Source: Epithemia pelagica
Lineage: Eukaryota; Protista; Bacillariophyta
DNA length: 64,000 nucleotides
NCBI GenBank assembly: GCA_946965045.2
Contig: OX337229.1
Location: 868,001 to 932,000, forward strand
Reading direction: 5' to 3'
The notes under the pieces are model-generated. The model did no database searches. It had not been told where the DNA came from and worked only from the letters and a program-made list of their open reading frames with translations. The translations under genes and the position numbers were made by a program. Within the stretch, counting starts at the first letter, position 1. The number at the start of each line of letters is the position of its first letter. This document shows, piece by piece, positions 1-10,000 of the stretch.

Positions 1-575
1 GAAAGATGGTACCTCCACATTCCCAAACATTAATATCTCACGGAGGAATCATGTTGCGCATTTCCTGAGTCTCTCGTAGTTATGGCTGGAACACAGAGAT
101 GAGAAAAAAATACCAAGGCTGGAGACGGACAAGCTGTCCCAACATTTGTATCGATAGCTGTATACGTTCTCCTTTCTCTCATTTGATAAAAAGACTTGTG
201 GGAGTGCAAAGTCTGTGTTGCTACTTGATGATGATTAGAATATGGATGGATTGTTGACAATGGTACTACATCGGTCAGGAACATGTGGTGACGATTGACG
301 ATAGGAGAAAACACCATGAGCTAGAGGTAACCTTACTCCGCTTGCTTTGGTTCCTTTGCTAGATTTGGTCGCGGATTGTGGAGGATGAATACGCGTTGGT
401 CCTTACCCGGGCAAGAGATCTCTTGACGACTCTTGAGATTTGAGATTTGAGATGTACTATTACTAACTCCATACCAGACTGTGTAGGTAGTTCGTCTCAC
501 ATTTTTATACTACAGTAGGAATTTTTTGTACGACCGGGAAGTAGTTTCGTGCGAGTCGCACGGTTTCCCTTTCGT

Positions 576-616
576 GTGTGACACTTGTGAGACACTTGTG
601 TGACACTTTGTGACAT
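576..616. repeat. 11-bp tandem repeat GTG(T/A)GACACTT x3 plus a partial fourth copy
   Basis: gtgtgacactt (576-586), gtgagacactt (587-597), gtgtgacactt (598-608), tgtgacat (609-616). Confidence 0.9.
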
Positions 617-668
617 GGCTTCTAGGAATTTCTCACTACCTACACAGCTTGATAGGGAGTAAGTTTAC

Positions 669-842
669 TACTTCCCTGTGTCTGGCCGTCCTCTCGCGTC
701 GGGCGCGCCCGGCTTGTCGGGAGAATGACTCGACGGGCAATTGTCTTGTCGGGCGTGCGTCCTCCTTGACCATTGCCCTCCTCGTCATTCTACCCTCCGC
801 GCCGGGCGGTCCCTCCTTGAAAGGACTCAACACCGGGAAGTA
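669..842. repeat. Long imperfect inverted repeat / rod-like fold-back (candidate structured ncRNA or MITE)
   Basis: Pairings read by hand: 669-676/835-842, 678-681/830-833, 688-695/819-826, 701-703/811-813, 706-713/801-808, 719-729/784-795, 735-745/768-778, 751-754/759-762; apical loop 755-758. The confidence refers to the fold-back itself, not to its function. Confidence 0.85.
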
Positions 843-959
843 TTAATACTACTTTAGGAACAGTGTACAGATACTTATTGGTCATATGACCTTCTGCCTA
901 TTCGTATATAATAATTCGGACTTTCGAATTTTTATTCAGAGTTCAGAGGGAAAATCACC

Positions 960-3622
960 ATGGCACGACGATTCTTGTTGGTGGTCACGGCATGGACCAC
1001 TCTGGTCCTTTCGACGGATCCAGACTCGTCGTCCTCGCCGGTGATTCAGAATCGTACCACAGTGCTAGCAGCGGAGGACGAAGATCAAGATCCGCATGCC
1101 ATCAAAATTCGTAGATTGATTGGACCGGTGGATCAGATTGTGGTGGATCGCTACAAAAAAGTGCCTACCGGCTTTCGCAAGCATCCTTCGTACTATTCGG
1201 AACGGTACTTAAGACGTGCCAGGACGTACAAGGGCGCCGAAAAGGACAAACTCGATCAATGGGGCAAATGGGAATTCCAAGATCCCGATGAATCCTCTCG
1301 TCCAGGAAATGCCTTTTACGACGACGAAAAGTATACCCATCGCGATGTCCCTCGCAAGGATTTTCCCAAAACGGCCTGGCAAACCGACAAGAAGTACTTG
1401 TCCAAGTTTTTGCCCGAAGCCCTCCAGCTGACAAATCGTGCCTTGGAAGCCATTTTGGCCGAATATGGTCGTGGTAAGGACGACATGCCGGGGGCATCCT
1501 TTGACGAACGAAGTGCACCCTTTCAACCCCGGGTTGGCGACCAGGGGAGTGGTGGAGGAGGGTACATGAAACCATCGTCCTATGAGGGCCTCAAACGTCG
1601 TATTTGGCATGCCGTCATGACGGAAGATCGATTCACCTTTGCCATGGCTGGACATTCGGCTGCGGCAGGTACGTTGTGTACAAGAAACCTTGTGGATAGA
1701 GGAGAGGAAGCAAGGCCCTCACACATCTCTCCTCGTCCTTTGTTGCTTTCTTGTACTCTCTACAGGCCATGGCAACAATTTTCAACAATCGTATACACTT
1801 CAAATTGGACGCATTTGTGAACCAATCTTTGCTCGATTGGGTGTCAAATTTTCGGCTCGCAACTTTGGCTACGGGGGTTTAGGAACGCTTCAAAACGCCT
1901 TGGCCTCGGCCGATATTTTTGGACACGATGTGGATTGTTTACTCTGGGACTCGTCCATGACTGAAAAGGCACCTGAGGCCATTGGAATCTTGGCCATTCA
2001 GGCCTTGATTGCCATGGATCGGGCCCCCTTTTTGTGGTTTACCCGAGACCAACAGTTGAACAAGATTCAAGAAAGCACTGGTGCCGATACGGCTCGGTAT
2101 GGAAGTCCCAGGACTGGCAAACAAGTGGAGGATCCGGCCGAGTTTTCCAACTTACCCTGGGCGATTCAATACGACAGTTGTCCCAAAGATATGAAACGTT
2201 CGCCCATGTGCAGTCGTTGGATTGGATCCTGTTGGGAAAATCGAACCAACTTTGAGTGGGAGGGAATAGATCTATCCTACGTTGCCAAGAAACAACAAGC
2301 CGCTCCCGGTGGTCGTGCGGGATGGCATCCGGGCAACCGAGAACATCAAAAACAAGGACGATCCTTTGCCTTTACCGTACTCTTGGCATTGCGGGACGTG
2401 CTCGAGAAATGGAATAAGGCGCCCGACTATGTCGTGAGCGACAGTGACTGGCATGTCACGGCCTATTACAAGGGCATCAAAGACAAGGTAGCGGAAAAGA
2501 GTGCACTGTGGACTGGTTGGTGCGACAAGCAAAGGGTTTCCAAAAAGTTTTGCATGTATGCCGCCAAGGGACGAACCGAAAACACACCCAGAAACCGGCC
2601 CTGGGCCACCAGTATCCGATCCATCATTTCGGGAAGTGAACATCCAAACCTCAAGGTTGGCAAAAACGCCTATGATCCACCCGATGTGTACATCCCCGCC
2701 CTCCACCCACCAAAAGGCCAAGTCGACGTCCTGGCGATTGTGGAAAACGGTGTTCCCTTTCGTAAGAATTTGGCACGAGTCTACGATTCGGATCAAGATA
2801 TGGAAGGAATCTTCTTTGAAGGAAAGGAGGGAACTGGATCCATTCACAATAAATCGATTGCGGGGGGCAAAGGATGGCAGTTTTTTAATACCCATTCTTC
2901 TACCGGAACCGATAATTGCGATGGAGAGCACGATTCCTGGTGCCGAAGGGTAGGAGGTTGCTTGTTGTATGCGCACAATGATTTACGAACGTACGTTACT
3001 AGCTCTTGTCCTACCGCTGTCGTTGCGAATGAATGAAAGAATGAAAAATTCTTTTTGGACCTAACCTTGTTTTTCATTTTTTGCGTCCCCCCCCCCCCCC
3101 CCGAGCAGTGGATTTGGCGTGGATGGTTACTCTGGATGGATGATCTTCAACCTGACAAAGGTAGAACATGGTCTCGTTTTGCTCAAGTTCCACACCTGGT
3201 CCTTTGGGCCACCAGGGGCCACGAGCAATTGGTGCAGTGAAAACAATGAAACTCCCTGTCAACCTCAAACCAAAGGAAAACATCGTGCCTTGTCGTCGTC
3301 TTCGAAGTCGTCAATTCCTACCAATGTCATGTCGTCCATGGACAATACTACCGTTGTGTCTTTGCCAGAACGCCGACTCAAAGGCAAAGTACCTGCCTAC
3401 TGTGACGATTTCCGGTTTGAATTTGCCATTGACGGAGCCGTTACCTCGTGGAACTTTACGCAATTCCGAGCGCATAAAAATTACGCGCAACGTGTTGTGG
3501 AGTTGGTCACGGTTTTGGATGAGGACCATTGGCCCGTCACGAGGGACGTGGAAGTGGCCTTTCGTCTCACGGGATGTGGTCGTCAAAAGCCATTTGAACT
3601 CACTCATGTCTACTGGATCTAA
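960..3622 (+). CDS. Secreted/membrane-anchored SGNH(GDSL)-hydrolase-like protein, 3 exons (960-1668, 1766-2990, 3109-3622)
   Basis: Hydrophobic N-terminus (RFLLVVTAWTTLVLS). GT-AG introns 1669-1765 and 2991-3108 join three track ORFs in frame (AAG|HGNNF; DLRT|GFGVDGYSGW). SGNH-like blocks: AGHSAAAG, RNFGYGG, WDSSM, GWHPG. Confidence 0.7.
3087..3102. repeat. C16 homopolymer just upstream of the intron-2 acceptor
   Basis: 16 consecutive C residues followed by gagcag|. Confidence 0.9.
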
Positions 3623-4140
3623 GCAGGACCATGATGATCGAAGATGTTATAGATCTATAAGCCAGCTGGAAGTTGAAACAGACCAGTCATGTGATCTCAA
3701 ATCACTGATTCAAGTTATGAGTGCATAGAAGAGAAAAATGTTAAACGAGTACTTCAAGGAGTAGGAGTAGTTAGGAGTAGTGATGTTATCTGGATACACA
3801 TAGCGCACATAGACTCTTCGCACCCCTAAGCGCTAAATACGACTCATGTGCGTTTCGACATTTTGAGAAATATGTGCACTCAAGATTTCCGCGACTGAGA
3901 CTCTTCGAAGAATCTTAGCGCCTTTTGTCTTCTTTGTCGCATCTTTCGTCAGAGAACAATTATTATGAATTTCAATCTCATAAAGACAACGACAAGCAGC
4001 AACTACATGTCTCCTATCGAATAGAAGCAAGCAGGAAATCGTCTCTTTTTATTATTTGTGACTGCCAGAGCAAGAAACGACGGCTCTGCTTTGTTTCGAC
4101 GACGAACGCTCTCAAATTTTGACGTAAATCTTTTGCTAGC

Positions 4141-6707
4141 ATGCCACCTCCACTTCGTATTCCACAAACTGGTCCCCAGTGTCATCAGGAAGGGCTCTCG
4201 TCGTTTCCCTTTCTGGGCCAGGACAGCCCCGAACGTCTCCTCCTTCGCCATGGAGTTATTGACGCAATACCTACTCGTCGATGTGGCAATCCGGGAGGCA
4301 AAAATGTGGTACGAGCGTCATCAGGCCTGCAGAACCACAAATCCATGGACCCACCACTCCCTCTCACCGTCTTGGTTTGCATTTGTAGATTTTGGTACGA
4401 CGTTGCCAAACAAAACGGCGTCGATTTTCTCTTGGCATGCTTCTCCAAACGTTGTGTTGACAGCTCACACGGTGCCTGTTTTGAATTCTGTTTATAATAG
4501 GTGGTTGGAGACGGCATGGGATGGGAAATGGTTCGAGCAGGTGCCATTGCCCGTCGAGTTCTGGATGAATTGGAGGAGTTGGGGATCGATACTGTCCATG
4601 GATCTCCCGGAACTCCCCAAGGTGAAAAGGCATTGGCTGCCTTTCAAGGTCGTACATTAGACGATTACTACACGGAAGGTTTGTGTCTTTGGTCGCCCCT
4701 TCGTACCACTCATGCTCCGTGACTTTGATGCTGGGTGTCTCACCCCATGCACTTTTCGTTTTCCCAACGTACAGGTGCAGGAAGTGGCCTTTCCTTTCAA
4801 AATGAAATGAATGGCTTTACCCTCATGACCACCACTACAATGGTCCTTCAAAGTCCCAATGATGGAAACCATTACGCCCCCGCCAACTCTCTCTTGCAAG
4901 GGTCCGTGTCGGATCATGACAATGGCATGGCACCCTTGGCTCTCAATGAGTGCGGATATCCCATTGATTTTTCTCCATTGGAATATCAACTTGAGGGGGG
5001 CAACATGGTGCTTTGGAACGACGAATTGGGTGGTACATATCCGTGGGATGAACGGTATTATGGTGCACCAGCCTCTGGATCCTTTGATCCTACCTGTACG
5101 TTGGACCATGAACATGGAATGGCGCAGGTGTCGTCCGTTTTCCACTACGAGCTAACTCTTCATTCCCATCTGTTTGTTTTTTGTTGGTGTATTTGGTTCG
5201 CTCTACTATATAGTCATTATCCAGCATGCGACCGATTCGGCGTCGACCGCCGGCTGCATGGCCACAGGACACAAGTCGGCCGTCAGTATGTTATCCATGA
5301 ATCTCTATGAAGAGGCAGTTCCCACCATGGTGGAAAATGCCATGCAATGTGGCAAGGCAGGAGGTGTCGTCACGTCCGTCCCCGTCTTGCATGCCACACC
5401 GGGGGCCTTTGTGGCTCACAGCAACAACCGTCGCAACACGGCACAACTCCAACAATCCTTTGCCACGGTCAAGCCAACTCTAGTGTCGGGCATTTGTCAA
5501 GGTGGCTTCCAACCCTCGGAAGAAACGAAAACTGCCATGCTCAATGGTCATTTATCCAAGGAATGGACCTTTCTTCGTCAAGGCAAAGTTGGCAATACGC
5601 AACAGGATGGCGCTACAGCCGAAAATTTTTATGATTGTAAGTGTGTCATGTTGTAAGTTGCACGTGTACAATGGTGATGTTTTCTCATATCAGTTTTGCG
5701 GTTCATCTGTTTTTTGTTGAAATAGCCATTCAAGAATTGGATCCAGACAATGGTGACCATTTATTGGTGTGTTTTGGAGGAGAGTACGCCACAGACACCA
5801 AAGACCCAGGCAATATGCCATTTCGTGGTCTGGATTCTAGCTACAGTAACCGTTGGTGTTCCAATGCGAATGAAATTCGAGATGTGAATGACAAATTGAT
5901 GGGATACAAACCCACATCGGAAACATGCGACCACTACAGCGAACAAGACCGGAAACAAATCCCCAAAATGAATGTTAATGTTCGAGAAGCCATCAACTTT
6001 CTTGGAAAAGATGACGATGGCTTCTTTATGCTGTACGAACAAGGAGATGTAAGTTATGCATTCTTTGAATTGGTTCAAGCAAACGGATTCGAGTCATATG
6101 TTCTCAATATTTCTTGTGTCGACCATGTTTGCAGATTGACTGGGCTGCCCATGCCAACCACATGGATGATTTGCTAGGTGCAATGTTAGATATCAATGAC
6201 GGGGTCCAGGAGATTCTTGACTGGATAAAGGACAATGGTGGATGGGAGAAGAATGCTTTGTACGTAGGTGCGGACCATGATCATTATCTCACCCTTCTAC
6301 CCAGTTTTCCTGAGGCTGTGGCGAAACACATCATCATGGGTGAAACTCATAACCTCACGCCACAAAACAACTCGAACAAAAACCCTTGGACTGGAGCTGT
6401 GAGTATCGGTCGTCACAAAGATCCTTCCAAAACACAAAAAGAACATATCGCCGACTTTACCACGTGGACCGATGATGACATACAAAATGTCGCGCATTTT
6501 TGGGGTCCCGATGGTGCCGGCGGAAACGGTTGGGGCTCTCATTCGAAACGTCCAGTCCCTCTTTATTACATGGGAGACGGTGGTTGCATTGAGGCTTTAA
6601 TGGGAAAGGGGTTTCAGGTTGTGGGTCGTGAAGTTTCCGGTGTGGACGGCAAAATAGACCAAATGCATCTTCATGCATGTATGTTGAAGAACCTTCTTGG
6701 GCTCTAA
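4141..6707 (+). CDS. Alkaline phosphatase (PhoA-type), 7 exons (4141-4308, 4389-4394, 4501-4678, 4775-5095, 5214-5636, 5726-6048, 6135-6707); start uncertain
   Basis: After splicing the protein carries GKNVILVVGDGMG (metal Asp), TDSASTA (catalytic Ser), HATPGAF, EQGDIDWAAH and ADHDH. All introns are GT-AG and preserve frame. No clear signal peptide at ATG 4141. Confidence 0.85.
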
Positions 6708-7057
6708 AGATGGACATGGAATCAACAATCGAGTCTATCAAAACTACGGCATTGATTAGTCAGTCAAGTAGATGGATTTTGGTTTTTCTCGGGATGTCAA
6801 GTCTTTTCTTGACAGATGACAATAATTCCATTCTGTTGGCGCTTAAACCCGAAAAATGAAATCACATATCAAAATGGCCAAAACCATCTACCGGAGAACT
6901 ATACCTAGTAGCATTGATTGAGTTATCCAAAAGACAGATCACCACGCCTGACCTTTAGAGCAGCTCGGTGCCCGATGCAACATGCCGACCATGGGAAACA
7001 CGGTCTGTTTGTCACTAACAGATGGAATAGCCAGGATTACACTCTAAACCACTCTTC

Positions 7058-10000
7058 TCAACCAGATAGTATGCCTTTTCCCAAAGGGAATTCCACGCGA
7101 CCAGCGGTTATCGTGTAAAGGGATAGTTTCTCGCTGTGCTTCTCCGGCAAATGAGCATAGGTTGGACTTAGATCAGGAGGATGCATAAAGGTGGCATTGG
7201 CAAGGCATCCACGATTGATCAAGTTTTCTTGGTAAAATTCGTTCAATAAAGCTGTTGCATTCTCATCGTTGTATCCAGCTTGAATCCCACCCCAGGCCAG
7301 ACACCCATTTGTCTGATTGAAAGTTCCATGTTCATATGTAAAGTCCAAGAATCGATGAATCCGACTTGGTTCTGCAAACAAGTACGCAGACATGGAATGA
7401 ATCATCAAGTCACCCAATCTTCGCCTGTAGATTTGACCCTGGCGGTCAATGAAACGGAGGAACTTTTGAACGGGTGCGCTTTGAAAGAATTCAATATCGG
7501 CGACAAAAAAGTTGTTGTAAAATCCACACATTTCTAGTTCCACCTTTCGCTGAGGCTGGAATGTTGGGTTTTTCTTCCGGTAAAGGGCCCTCATTTGTCT
7601 GGTAACTTGCATTTCGTAGGCGCAAAGTCGATACCCGTATGCGTACTGATTGGATTTCATAAAATCAAAGATGTCGTATTGGATAGGCGAGTGAATGTAT
7701 GAGTCTTCGTCGAGACGGAATATGTAGCGATAGGAACAATCCTCCTGATCATTCCACTTGGCAAAAAAGTCCCATATATCAATAGCAAACCAGTGTATCA
7801 TCCGACGATATCCTTCCGAGAACAGGGGATATACATGCCACGTGTTGGGATCGTCACCTGCATGGTGCGAAGGGCGCTGCCAAAATGGCGACCCTGTCAA
7901 GTTAACCAAGCGAATAACGCCAGAAAAGGACTCCCCTAATCTCGATTCAAGTATTTCAAGGTCTGATTTTGTGAAGTCGTTCGTGTGGAAAATGAAAAGG
8001 TCCAGATTGTCCAGGTGATTGTTCAGTGAAAGGTAGTTCTTGTTGACAAGATCAAGCGAACGCAGGAAATTGGCATGACTGTTTCTTCCTGTGTAACTTG
8101 AGTGTTGTTTCTGCGCAAGGTAGACAACTGCGTTGGATCGACACTTCCGGGACGTGTCACGGAAAACGATTGTCGCATTTTCAAGTTTGCGCTCAACCAA
8201 GGGACCTGTTGCTGACTGTTGATTTTCCAGCTTGTCACGCTCATTGTTTGATTGCAATTGTTTTTTGTGTACCTCTTTTCTCACCATGCTCCCAAATTCA
8301 GCGACAGATAGTCTGTTGGGGTCATCTATGTTCACGCTGCTGTTGTGCAGGTTCAAGTTGAGGTATATTGCAGCCTCGGAGGCGGTGGTAGTGGCGTGTA
8401 GAAGAAACTGACATTTGGACATGGCCAAAATGTCCACCAACGCTTCGCTATTGACACGATGATGGTTATCAATCATGTGCAACGGCCATTCTTTGGTCGT
8501 TCGCACTACGTGATCACCTTGTGTCCGAATCAGGCTGGTGATATCAGATGGGAAGTTCTTTTCAATGTATCGAAGCACTCGCCAAGAGTCGGTAGCAATG
8601 TATATACAGTTCCCTCCAGCCTCGGCAAATGCTTGTAGATAGGGGAGATAGTCATTGGCCGTTTGAATATGAGCCGCAACGCACACATCGTTGATTTCAA
8701 TGGGATTCACGGCATCCGCCCTCTCGAGAAGATGGGGTTGGAACTTGTAATACTTTTGGATCAGAGAATGGGCTCGTTCCCGAATGGGAGCGTACCATTC
8801 GTTCCAAGAACCGGGGTGCCATAAATGGTCCGGAACATGTTTATACTTGCGTACCCGGAGAGCCCACGGAGCTTTCATTGTTAGGGCAACCACCTGGGCG
8901 TCGTTCATGGTTGCAACAGGCAACTGACTACAAGATGAATCCTCTGGTAGACTGAAATTCGGGACGGAGTGCATATAGGATTGCCACAACCCATTCCCAT
9001 TGAGTGATTTGGCAACTTTTGATTGTCCTTCATCACTGCCGCTGTTTGACAATTTTCGTGGTTCACTGGGATACAAATCTCCATTGTCCATGTCGATTGT
9101 ATACCATGTCTTGAAATGCAACAAGCCATCATCCTTGCTGCTGGTACTGCTCGTACTATGCGCCCATCGATCGTACAACACAGAGTTCTCTTTGCTGGGT
9201 TCCAGATGAATCACGGGCAGCCAATTGTGTTTTTCAGCATACAAAAGTTGGTTTAGAATGTACGTGAACATGGCCATATCAATGGTGACCCTGTCCCCAC
9301 CGGTCGATGAAATGAGAAGAACGCCCTTGTATCCCAAAGAACAAGCCGACGAAAGCGACGACGGGGATGGTCGAATGGACAAAGACTCGATTGGTCGTAC
9401 CTTCCACCATTTGGATGAAGCAGGTGGCTTGGGAAGATACTGTGGATCCTCTCCTCGGAGTGCCATTTGGACAAATGTCCCAAACAAGCTAGCATCGATA
9501 TGATTGGGATCTTCCAAGTTTACCGAACCTGTCTGCAGTTCGCCGTTCAACCACAAGGCAGACTCGGACAAGGCACTCAGACCGTGGACCATGAATCGAC
9601 AAAAGGACAAGGCCTGGATTTCTACCAAGGCCTCCATGTTGGTTTGATGGTGATGGGAGGCCGCAAGATCAAACACGGCTTGATCGGAATCCGATCGAAC
9701 GACCCGTGGTTCCGACCCTGGATGCTGCGGATCAGGTGCTCCTGCGCCCACACTACCACTTCCCAAGCTGGTGATTCGACGAAAAAGGTCCGGGGGCCAC
9801 TCGTTGGCAATTTCTTGCAACACCAGGGTACTGTCGGTGGCCAAATAAATGTACTCTCCCCCGGCATGGACAAATGCCTTGACAAAGGGCAGAAATTCGG
9901 ACACGGGGACTTGTCGTCGGCCAGCGGCCTTGTCCGAATGTCGAATGTGCAACCCAAGACATTTGTTGTTCTTGTTGGAACAGTGTGGATTGGCATGACG

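Noticed and set aside
669-842. Fold-back as SRP RNA, SECIS, tRNA or bacterial SD/CsrA array
   Set aside because: No SRP helix-8 CAGG/AGCA loop with GNRA cap; the AUGAC is Watson-Crick paired rather than forming a SECIS quartet; AGGAGG/ANGGA-like words lie in internal loops in a eukaryotic nuclear context. The ORFs 610-846 and 636-833 over it look like by-products of high GC.
4058-4660. 200-aa track ORF overlapping the phosphatase 5' end
   Set aside because: Alternative frame running through introns; the spliced frame gives canonical AP motifs
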